A DNA stretch of 64,000 bases, from assembly GCA_050010415.1 (NCBI GenBank), contig JBEKLB010000018.1, positions 4,581-68,580 of the forward strand, written 5' to 3'. A program made the position numbers and the translations under genes. The notes under the pieces are model-generated. The model was not told the origin of the DNA and did no database searches. It saw nothing but the letters and a program-made list of their open reading frames with translations. This document shows, piece by piece, positions 35,875 through 43,934 of the stretch. The first letter of the stretch is position 1. Each line of letters starts with the position of its first letter. The DNA comes from Bryobacteraceae bacterium (GTDB taxonomy: Bacteria > Acidobacteriota > Terriglobia > Bryobacterales > Bryobacteraceae).

Positions 35875-38846
35875 CAGAAGGCCTGTCCCAGCGAGAAGTG
35901 GAATTGGAAGATATTGATGCGCTGGTTGGTACGAGGGACTGACGAGCCTGGGATTCCGCATTGGTAGAGCTGGTTGATGGAACCTTCGCACCCGAAGAAG
36001 CGCGGTGAGTTCGGGCTAAGCGAAAAGTCCACTCTAACCGGGCCCAGGGGCGTGCGATAGCGGAGCCCGAATCCGAAGCCTTGAACGGCGTAGTCAAAAT
36101 CCTGCAGATTCGGCTGGCGGAATCCCAGGCTGATTTTGTTCACAGCGGAATACACATTACCAAGGTCGTTGAACAAGACGCCGCCCAAATTATCGCCGAT
36201 GAGCGGGAAGCGCAACTCCACCGTGTTATTGAACAGCGCGTTGCCGCCGATGGGGAAGCCGGTATTGGGATCGCGCGGGCCGGCCTGAAAATCCGGAAAG
36301 GCGCGGTTGGAGAAAGCACCGCCGCCAAAGAATCGTTCAGCCAGCGGGATGTCCGACGATCCAGCGTAACGTTCGATGAGGCCGAAATCCGTGGTTCGCG
36401 CCAGCACCAGGTCCTTGGTGAGCTGGTAATAAGAAGAATTGCGCGCCACCACGCGCCCGAAGCCGACTTGAGATCCAAGGCCGTGCAAAGCCAGCGCGAA
36501 ATCAATGCTGGTATAGGTGCCCTTATGCGAATCGATGGGATCGTCGCGTTTGTCCTGGATGAAACTGACGGAGGGAACCAGAACATGTACCGGCTGGGAG
36601 AGTAAAGGGATCAGATCCGCAGTGATGAGAGGAGTCCCTAAAATGTCAACGTCACGATATGTGATGCGATATTGCAAGGTATTGGCTCGCGATAATTTTT
36701 GCGCCAATTGAACGGAGCCTTCCTCGCGCCGCGAGGAGAATGTGCGGATATCGTGAGAAATGTCCAGCAATGCCGAGAACTGCAAGCTTAGTTTGGGATT
36801 GCCCAGGAACTGCGGTGCGACGTAGGTAAGCAAAGCGCGCTGCTCGAGGGTGGAAACCAGGGTCTGCAAGCTCATGGTATGCCCCAGTCCGAAGAAATTC
36901 AGACGGCTGATGCCGAACGAAAAGCGCGGGCTGAATCCATTGACGCCGGCCGGGGAATCGAGCGACGTGGTGCCGCCTCCGATGCGTCCGATTTCCGCGC
37001 CGACGCCTACGTTCATCGAGTAGCGGCCGGCTTCCTCGAGCGAATAAAGCACGTATTTGGTGGGCTCGTCGCCATCCGGGTTTTGGATGGCTGCATCCAC
37101 GCGCGAAAAAATGCCAAGGTCGTACAACCGCCGCTGGCTTCCGTTGATCTCGCTCTGAGAGAGCGGGTCGCCCGCGTGCAGGCTAATGCGGTCCGTCACC
37201 AGGTCGGGACGGGTTCGCTGTAATCCATCAACCACGACGTTGCGCACGTAGATTCGCTCGCCGGGCGTCACGACAAAAGTCAGGTCGACATGGCCGGCCT
37301 GGGGCGACGGGACTGACGTGAAGTCGAATTTCGCGGCGGGATAACCATTGTTGAAGTAATAGTCGAGCACGTTGTCGCGATCGGTGGCGATGTTGGTATC
37401 GCTATAGGGCTGTCCTTCGGTGGAATGCAGGAGCAGCATCAACGCAGGCCGAAAATCTTCCGAAATGCCTTGTAACGCGAGTTTGGAAACGAACCATTGA
37501 GGGCCTTCGGCGATATCGATAAAGATACCGACGTGGGACTTGACGCCGTTGTAATCGTCGAGCACCCTGGATGTGACCTGAACATCGCGAAACCCATTGC
37601 CGCGATAGAGGCTGCGGATGGCGTCCAGATCGCGGTCCAGCGCATTGCGGCTGTAGCGGCCATGGCGATAGCGCAGGAACGTGGCCGGGATCACCGCCAT
37701 GCGCTCGCGGATGGTGGGGTCATCGAAATAGCGATTGCCGTGGATTTCGACTTTCACGATCTTGTGCCGCGTGCCGAGGGCGACATGGTAATCGATCAGT
37801 TGCTCACCGTTGGCGGGGGTTGCCGTCACGTAGTCGGACGTGGCGTCGAAATACCCTTGCGCTTGAAAGTACGACGCCAGATCGCGCGTTCCTTCCTCCA
37901 GCAAATCCCGGTCCACGGCGCGCTCCTCATAAATGGGCAGCAGGGAGCGCAATTTTCCGGAAGAAACCTTGGCGCCGCGCAAACGGACCAGCACCGGAGG
38001 GCCGGGATCAATGGACAGAACGGGTGTGACAGTGTTCAAGTCGGCATGATAATCCAAACTGACCAGATTTACCTTGGCGAGCAGGTGATCGTGCTTGGGA
38101 TACCAGGATCGAATGTTGTCCAGACCATTCTGAAGGCGCGTTTCCGTGAGCTCATGCCAGCCCAGAAATCCGAGGAATTTCTTCCAGCCGCTGGAATGGA
38201 TCAGGCTATCGAGGGGGCGCAGCGTATCGCCATCCGCGACCAGACCATCGAACTTCGCGCGCCGGCCGGGGTCGGCATGAAAATCGATGTGAACCTCCTG
38301 GGTAGGCTCCCGTGTGGATGTGGCGGGCTCCACGCCGGCGTTATAGAAACCGTTCCGCTTGAGCAAGTCAGTGATCCGCGTAACCGCCGCCGTAGTGTCG
38401 CTGGGCGAGTAACTTCCGCCCAGGGTGAGTTTGGTAGCCACCAGCAACTGGCCTTCGTTGGGGGGCTCGCCAACGCCGTTCACGTCGAAGTATCCAATGA
38501 AATACGCGGGCTTGGTGATGAACGTAAGATTCACTCCAGCCGGCGCGAGAGTGGCGTCCACGGCGATATCGGCATACTCGCCGGTCTGATACAGGCGCTG
38601 GATGGAATCGCGCAGATCGGAGGACCGCAGCGGCTGGCCGACCCGTAGCGGGAGCATCGCCAGCAATTGATCGATGGTGAGCGGCTGCACCGCCGGATCG
38701 AATCGCACGCTGGCGATGGGCTTTCCTTCGTAATCGTTCGGCGCCCCGCTTAGCAGGATCGAGCACAGGGCGGCAAGCATGGGCGTCCTGATCCACAAGC
38801 CCAAGCGGGTTGGCACAAGGGACCATGTTAACGCATCATCTATCAT
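35874..38846 (-). CDS. bamA: Outer membrane protein assembly factor BamA (Omp85 family with POTRA repeats)
   Basis: About 990 aa. Multiple POTRA-like units are followed by an Omp85 barrel ending ...INIFQFHFSLGQAF (C-terminal aromatic residue). The start is ATG 38846 or 38780. The ORF is open to 38888. Confidence 0.88.
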   Translation of the reverse strand: MIDDALTWSLVPTRLGLWIRTPMLAALCSILLSGAPNDYEGKPIASVRFDPAVQPLTIDQLLAMLPLRVGQPLRSSDLRDSIQRLYQTGEYADIAVDATLAPAGVNLTFITKPAYFIGYFDVNGVGEPPNEGQLLVATKLTLGGSYSPSDTTAAVTRITDLLKRNGFYNAGVEPATSTREPTQEVHIDFHADPGRRAKFDGLVADGDTLRPLDSLIHSSGWKKFLGFLGWHELTETRLQNGLDNIRSWYPKHDHLLAKVNLVSLDYHADLNTVTPVLSIDPGPPVLVRLRGAKVSSGKLRSLLPIYEERAVDRDLLEEGTRDLASYFQAQGYFDATSDYVTATPANGEQLIDYHVALGTRHKIVKVEIHGNRYFDDPTIRERMAVIPATFLRYRHGRYSRNALDRDLDAIRSLYRGNGFRDVQVTSRVLDDYNGVKSHVGIFIDIAEGPQWFVSKLALQGISEDFRPALMLLLHSTEGQPYSDTNIATDRDNVLDYYFNNGYPAAKFDFTSVPSPQAGHVDLTFVVTPGERIYVRNVVVDGLQRTRPDLVTDRISLHAGDPLSQSEINGSQRRLYDLGIFSRVDAAIQNPDGDEPTKYVLYSLEEAGRYSMNVGVGAEIGRIGGGTTSLDSPAGVNGFSPRFSFGISRLNFFGLGHTMSLQTLVSTLEQRALLTYVAPQFLGNPKLSLQFSALLDISHDIRTFSSRREEGSVQLAQKLSRANTLQYRITYRDVDILGTPLITADLIPLLSQPVHVLVPSVSFIQDKRDDPIDSHKGTYTSIDFALALHGLGSQVGFGRVVARNSSYYQLTKDLVLARTTDFGLIERYAGSSDIPLAERFFGGGAFSNRAFPDFQAGPRDPNTGFPIGGNALFNNTVELRFPLIGDNLGGVLFNDLGNVYSAVNKISLGFRQPNLQDFDYAVQGFGFGLRYRTPLGPVRVDFSLSPNSPRFFGCEGSINQLYQCGIPGSSVPRTNQRINIFQFHFSLGQAF

Positions 38847-38941
38847 CGAAAGGCCCCGGTTGGCGAAAGGCCCCGGTTGGCAGCACAAGGCCCCGGTGCC
38901 GGCATTAAACCACGCTTCGGACTGCGGCTGATACCATCTGG

Positions 38942-39976
38942 TTGTATGAGGCCCCCTGTATGACTGCCAGGGATCGCGAACGTTACTCGCGGCAAGTTTT
39001 GTTTTCGGGCATCGGCGAACGGGGGCAGCAACATTTGTTGGACGCTCGCGTAGCGGTGGCCGGTTGCGGCGCGTTGGGGAGCTTCCAGGCCGGAGCGCTG
39101 GCGCGGGCGGGGATCGGTTTTCTGAGGATCATCGACCGGGACTACGTCGAGCTGAGCAATCTGCAACGCCAGTGGCTGTTCGATGAATGCGACGTAGAGC
39201 AGGGGATGCCCAAGGCCGCGGCAGCCGCGCGCAAGATCGCCGGGATCAATGGAGGGGTTGAGGTAGAGCCGGTGGTTGCGGATCTAACGCCTTCTAACGT
39301 GGAAGACCTGCTGGGCGGCGTGGATTTGGTCCTGGACGGCACCGATAACTTTGAAACACGCTACCTGATCAATGATTTTGCCGTGAACCGCGGCGTTCCT
39401 TGGGTTTACGGAGCGGCGGTAGGCAGCTATGGGATCGCGATGCCGGTGGTTCCCGGCACCACGGCGTGCCTGCGGTGTATCTATCCCGATCCGCCATCGG
39501 GGGCGCAACCGACCTGCGAGACCGCGGGAGTGCTGGGGAGCGTGACGGCGCTGATCGCGAGCTGGCAGGTGAGCGAGGCCATCAAAATCCTGTGTGGCGC
39601 TGAGCCGTCGAACAAGATCACGACCGTGGATGTTTGGAGCGGCGACATACGTCAAGTTTCGCAGCCGGGCCCGGTGGCTGATTGTCCCGCGTGCGGGCGG
39701 CGTGAGTTTCCGCATCTCAACGGGGAACGCCGTGCGCCGGTGAGCCTGTGCGGCCACAAAGCGGTGCAGATCCATGAGCGGGCACGGCCGTTAGAATTGC
39801 GCGATCTGGCGGCCCGGCTGGCGCCGCTGGGGCCGGTTCGGGCTAACGAATTCGCGCTCCAATTTGAAGTGCCGCCCTATTTGCTGACCATCTTTCCAGA
39901 CGGCCGGGCCATCATTAAGGGCACCACGGACGTGGGCCTGGCGCGGAGCTTGTACGCCAGATACATCGGCGCGTAG
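38942..39976 (+). CDS. ThiF/MoeB-family adenylyltransferase (E1-like)
   Basis: RYSRQVLFSGIGERGQQHLLDARVAVAGCGALGS (Rossmann GxGxxG). Two CxxC pairs (CLRCIYP, CPACG). There is a C-terminal extra domain. Confidence 0.88.
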   Translation: MYEAPCMTARDRERYSRQVLFSGIGERGQQHLLDARVAVAGCGALGSFQAGALARAGIGFLRIIDRDYVELSNLQRQWLFDECDVEQGMPKAAAAARKIAGINGGVEVEPVVADLTPSNVEDLLGGVDLVLDGTDNFETRYLINDFAVNRGVPWVYGAAVGSYGIAMPVVPGTTACLRCIYPDPPSGAQPTCETAGVLGSVTALIASWQVSEAIKILCGAEPSNKITTVDVWSGDIRQVSQPGPVADCPACGRREFPHLNGERRAPVSLCGHKAVQIHERARPLELRDLAARLAPLGPVRANEFALQFEVPPYLLTIFPDGRAIIKGTTDVGLARSLYARYIGA

Positions 39977-40001
39977 AATATAAAATGGAAATAGAGGTAC
40001 C

Positions 40002-40680
40002 ATGCGGCGAACTTTGCCGGTTGTAATTGGTTGCGTCCTGTTGGCGATTCCTTTGTTCGCTCAAAGAGGCGGACATGGCGGAGGCGGCGGAGCGCGCGGT
40101 GGTGGTGGTGGTGGTCTCCACGGCGCAGCTTCGGGCGGATTTCGGGGAAGCAGCGGCGGCTATCGCGGCGGCGGCATTCGCGGAGGGGGCGTTTACGGAG
40201 GGCTTCGGGGCATCGGCGGCTATCGCGGATTCCGGGGCTATTACGGCGGATCCTATTATCCCGGCTACTACGGTTATTACAATCCGTTCCTGGGGGACAC
40301 GGGATGGGGTTACAGCGACTCCGGCACAATACAACGATTACGGCGGATACGGTTCCTATGGCGCGCCGAATCCAAGCCCCCAGGTAATGATCATTTCGAA
40401 TCAAGCGCCCCCGCCGGTATATGTGCAATCGCCGCCGGCGCCGGCCTTTTGGGAAGCTGGTCCGACCACGCAGGCCAAGAAGTATGAAGATACGCTTTTC
40501 CTGCTCGCGATGAACGACGGCACCATTCGCGCGGTGCTGGCGTATTGGGTGGACGGCACAACCGTGCATTACGTCACGATGGATCACGAGCAGAAGCAGA
40601 CGCCGTTGTCATCGCTCGACCATGGTTTGAGCGAGCGGCTGAATCGCGAGCGCAATGTCACGTTCCGCTTGCCGGGCTAG
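40002..40680 (+). pseudogene. Exported Gly/Arg/Tyr-rich protein with a conserved-looking C-terminal domain; the two halves are in different frames
   Basis: The frame of 40002 gives a signal peptide, MRRTLPVVIGCVLLAIPLFAQ, followed by RGG/GYY low-complexity sequence. The +1 frame (ORF 40027..40680) gives ...QYNDYGGYGSYGAPNPSPQVMIISNQ...LLAMNDGTIRAVLAYWVDGTTVHYVTMDHEQK... The frame switch is near 40320-40335. Confidence 0.55.
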
Positions 40681-41783
40681 GCGCAAGCCCGCAAGGCGCG
40701 CTCGAGAATTTCCAAATCCTGTTCATTGTTGTAGAGGTGCGTGGAAACGCGCAGATGGCCGCGCCGGGCCGAAACTAAGATGCGCTGTTCCGCTAGCGCT
40801 CGCGCCAAGGCCGAGACATCGCGGTTATCGAAGCGTGCGGCGATAATGGGCGATCCCGAGTGGGCGATGGTGGCTCCGAGTTCAGCGAGCATCCCGCGCG
40901 CCTCGGCGGCTAAATCCAGAACGCGCTGCTCGATGACATCCGGACCAGTTTCGAGAATCAAATCCAAAGAAGCTTCCATGGCGTACAGCAATGCGAAGGA
41001 GACCGAACCGCCCTCATATTTTTCCGCGCTGTGCAGCAATTCGGGAACGCCATGGTGCAAGTTATCCACGTTGCGCCAATCCCGATGGCTGCGCCAGCCG
41101 ACCACATTGGGCTGTAGCCGCTCGCGCAGTTGCGGGGCGATGTAGAAGAATCCCGCACCGTTGGGCGAGAGCAGCCATTTGTATCCATGCACGGCCAGCA
41201 TGTCAGGCTGAATGCTCGCGGTATCGAAGCGCAGCGCGCCCACGCTCTGGGTTCCGTCCACATACAACAGGATGCCGCGGGCGCGGAGAAAATCCGACAC
41301 CTCCGCGAGCGGGGGAGCGAATCCAGTGGTGTAATTTACCGAGCTCACGATGACCAGCCGCGTCTTCGCGCTCACCGACTCATGGAACCGGTCCCAGGGA
41401 CAAGCGGTTGTTTCCACTCCGAATCGTTCCAGCAATCCGGGAGCGTACAGATTGTTCGGGAATTCATGCTCCAGCGTGAGCACGCGGTCGCCCGCGCGCC
41501 AATTCAGCCCGGCGAGCAGCAGCCCCAGCGCCGTGGATGCATTCGGAACGAAGGCGATGTCATCCGGTTGGCAATTGACGAGACGGCCGATCTTGGCGCG
41601 GATGCGATCGGCGTCGTCATACCAGGCCAGAAAATCCCGGCAAGCCAGTTCGTCGCGATGAGCGAAGTGGCCGGCCACGGCGTCGGTAGCACGGCGCGGC
41701 AATTGGCCGAACGTGGCGGTGTTGAGATAGGTCCAATGCGCGAGAGCTGGGAACTCGCCGCGAATGGCGGCCCAATCCGGCAT
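40677..41783 (-). CDS. Class V aminotransferase-fold PLP enzyme (cysteine desulfurase / Moco-sulfurase-like)
   Basis: IRGEFPALAHWTYLNTATFGQLP start, the PLP-Lys context AVHGYKWLLSPNG, and the end RVSTHLYNNEQD. The ATG shares one base with the Mop stop. Confidence 0.85.
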   Translation of the reverse strand: MPDWAAIRGEFPALAHWTYLNTATFGQLPRRATDAVAGHFAHRDELACRDFLAWYDDADRIRAKIGRLVNCQPDDIAFVPNASTALGLLLAGLNWRAGDRVLTLEHEFPNNLYAPGLLERFGVETTACPWDRFHESVSAKTRLVIVSSVNYTTGFAPPLAEVSDFLRARGILLYVDGTQSVGALRFDTASIQPDMLAVHGYKWLLSPNGAGFFYIAPQLRERLQPNVVGWRSHRDWRNVDNLHHGVPELLHSAEKYEGGSVSFALLYAMEASLDLILETGPDVIEQRVLDLAAEARGMLAELGATIAHSGSPIIAARFDNRDVSALARALAEQRILVSARRGHLRVSTHLYNNEQDLEILERALRACA

Positions 41784-42004
41784 CAGCCCTTTTGGATCAT
41801 CACTTCAGTCGATTTGACGACCACCTTCACCGAGTCACCCTTTTTCAGTCCAAGCTCTTCGGCGCTGGTGCGAGTGATCACGCTTTCGATCAGATTGTCA
41901 CCCACCTTGACGACGACGTGGGCCATGATGGAGTCAGTTTCTACGCTTTCCACGATGCCGGGGAGCTGATTTCGAGCTGAGAGTGCCATGTCCTCTTGTA
42001 CCAA
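41783..42004 (-). CDS. Molybdate-binding Mop/TOBE-domain protein
   Basis: LSARNQLPGIVESVETDSIMAHVVVKVGDNLIESVITRTSAEELGLKKGDSVKVVVKSTEVMI is a single TOBE/Mop module. Alternative start ATG 41989. Confidence 0.85.
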   Translation of the reverse strand: MVQEDMALSARNQLPGIVESVETDSIMAHVVVKVGDNLIESVITRTSAEELGLKKGDSVKVVVKSTEVMIQKG

Positions 42005-42008
42005 ACAA

Positions 42009-43142
42009 TCAGAGCAGACGCTGGCCGGCGGCGCGGGCGTCGTAACCGCCCAGGCTCTCCAGCTCCCTGCGGTAGTTGGAGCGGTTCAGCGTGTCCAACA
42101 GCGTCTGAATACTGGGCATATCAAGATGCTGTCTTCGAATGGCCAGATCGTAGCGTTCACTCACCAGCGGAATGAAGCCGAGACCGAAGACTCGCGATGC
42201 GGCTCGAGTGGCGATGCAGCAATCGGCTTGCCCGGATTGTACTTGCCAGGCGGCCTGCAAATGTCCGGGCGCCACGCGGCCATACCCGCGCACGTTTTTC
42301 GAGTCCAGCTTCAGGCGCTTGAGCGCCGCATCCAGTAATGCGCGGCTGCCGGCGCCTTTTTCGCGATTGACGATAAGAACATCGCGCCGGGCCAGGTCTT
42401 CTATGCCTTTAATGCCCTTTGGATTGCCAGTCGCAGTGACGATCCCTTCCTCCCATACCGCGAAAGTGATCACGGCCACGGCATTCCTCGGAAACATGCG
42501 GCCGATCTCGGGAAGGTTCGATTCGCCGCTCGATTCATCCCGCAAGTGCGTGCCGGCGATATGGACACAGCCTTCCTTCAGGAGTTGGAGCGATTGAGAG
42601 CTGTTGCGATGCGCCAGAACCAGCTCCACGCCGGCGGATTGCAAGTGATGCGCCAGGACCGAAATACCGGGGTCGCATCCGGCGATCAGAACTCGATTGC
42701 GAAAGTCGTCAGTCGCGTCGAAGACCTGGACGTCGGTGCGGCCATTTTTCGGGAGCTTGACCGGCGCTGGAGACGAGACCACCACGGCGTCGCTGACGGG
42801 AAAGTACCAGGGGACGGGGGAAGGCGGTGAGGCTACCAGGCGCTTGTTTACACGACAGAGTTGCACCGGCTGGCCCGGATGCAGCGTCTCGGAGCCTGGC
42901 AGCAGCGTTACTTCCTCCGAGCGGACTCCGGCGGGCTCGGCCCGCGGAAGAGTGAAAAGATCCTCCACCTTCACTTCCAAGGCCTGCGCCAGACGCAATG
43001 CGACAGCGGTGTTGGGGACATAGCTGCCCGCTTCCATGGCGTAAATGGTCTGGCGCGTGACCCCCACCGTACGCGCGAGCTGGGCCGCTGAGATGGCCCT
43101 TTTTTGCCGGAGGGTTCCTAAATGGTTCTCGATTTCAGGCAT
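42009..43142 (-). CDS. Transcriptional regulator: XRE HTH + C-terminal periplasmic-binding-protein-like (PBP_like) domain
   Basis: LRQKRAISAAQLARTVGVTRQTIYAMEAGSYVPNTAVALRLAQAL (HTH_XRE). The C-terminal ~230 aa (VLIAGCDPGI..., IAGTHL..., ADCCIATRAASRVFGLGFIPL) fit the PBP_like domain found fused to HTHs or to MoeA. ATG 43142 is preferred. Confidence 0.8.
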   Translation of the reverse strand: MPEIENHLGTLRQKRAISAAQLARTVGVTRQTIYAMEAGSYVPNTAVALRLAQALEVKVEDLFTLPRAEPAGVRSEEVTLLPGSETLHPGQPVQLCRVNKRLVASPPSPVPWYFPVSDAVVVSSPAPVKLPKNGRTDVQVFDATDDFRNRVLIAGCDPGISVLAHHLQSAGVELVLAHRNSSQSLQLLKEGCVHIAGTHLRDESSGESNLPEIGRMFPRNAVAVITFAVWEEGIVTATGNPKGIKGIEDLARRDVLIVNREKGAGSRALLDAALKRLKLDSKNVRGYGRVAPGHLQAAWQVQSGQADCCIATRAASRVFGLGFIPLVSERYDLAIRRQHLDMPSIQTLLDTLNRSNYRRELESLGGYDARAAGQRLL

Positions 43143-43160
43143 TTTAACGCTACTCTGTCG

Positions 43161-43173
43161 TGTTACAGTAACA
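43161..43173. promoter_or_regulatory. Perfect 6-1-6 palindrome TGTTAC-A-GTAACA in the 43-bp divergent intergenic region
   Basis: Read directly. It is centred between the regulator start (43142) and the modA start (43186). Confidence 0.4.
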
Positions 43174-43185
43174 TCGTATATTCCG

Positions 43186-43929
43186 ATGATACGCCGACGC
43201 ATAGCTCCGCTGATCATCGTAGCGTTTTGCGGCGCGCTGTGTCAGGGGGCGGAGATCACAGTGGCGGCGGCGGCAAATCTCACCGAAGTCGCCCAGACCA
43301 TCGGCGCGGAATTCGAAGCGCAAACCAAAATCCATCCGGTCTTCAGTTTTGGATCCACGGCGGTGCTGACCACCCAGATCGAGAACTCGGCGCCCTTCGA
43401 TGTTTTCCTGTCGGCGGATGCGGAGCACGCGGACAAACTCGCGAGAGAGAACCTGCTGGTCCCCGGCAGCAACGCGGTCTACGCGGAGGGCGTGCTGGCT
43501 TTGTGGATTCCGCCCGGGAGCAAGGCGCACGTCGACAAGGTAGAGGATTTGAATGCGAAAGATGTGCAGGTGATCGCTGTCGCGAATCCGAAACTCGCGC
43601 CCTATGGCGCGGCGGCTATGGAAACGCTGCAGAAGGCCGGCATCTGGGATCAGGTGATGGCGAAGATCGTCTATGCGGAAAACATCAGCATGGCGAAACA
43701 ATACGGCGCATCCAAGAACGCCGACGCCGTGTTCACCGCATACTCGCTCGTGCTGAAAGAAGCTGGCAAGGTGATTCCAGTGGATGAGGCACTGCATCAG
43801 CCCATCGTTCAGAAGCTGGGAATTGTAGCGCGGTCACAACATATTGACGACGCTCGAAAATTCACTCAGTTCATACTCATCGGTCCGGGTCGCGACATTT
43901 TGGCGCGCTACGGATATAAAGTACACTGA
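43186..43929 (+). CDS. modA: Molybdate ABC transporter substrate-binding protein
   Basis: Signal peptide MIRRRIAPLIIVAFCGALCQGA, then ITVAAAANLTEVAQTIGAEFE...VFSFGSTAVLTTQIENSAPFDVFLSAD, the ModA pattern. Confidence 0.9.
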   Translation: MIRRRIAPLIIVAFCGALCQGAEITVAAAANLTEVAQTIGAEFEAQTKIHPVFSFGSTAVLTTQIENSAPFDVFLSADAEHADKLARENLLVPGSNAVYAEGVLALWIPPGSKAHVDKVEDLNAKDVQVIAVANPKLAPYGAAAMETLQKAGIWDQVMAKIVYAENISMAKQYGASKNADAVFTAYSLVLKEAGKVIPVDEALHQPIVQKLGIVARSQHIDDARKFTQFILIGPGRDILARYGYKVH

Positions 43930-43934
43930 GGCGC

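Noticed and set aside
37497-38648. 383-aa ORF antisense to bamA
   Set aside because: It is a shadow ORF with no motifs.
40027-40320. N-terminal part of ORF 40027..40680 (Ala-rich: AAAAIAAAAFAEGAF...)
   Set aside because: It is an out-of-frame reading of the GGC-rich repeat. The overlapping frame from 40002 has a proper signal peptide. Only the part after about 40325 looks genuinely coding in this frame.
43143-43185. Moco riboswitch upstream of modA
   Set aside because: The intergenic region is only 43 bp, far shorter than the Moco RNA motif.
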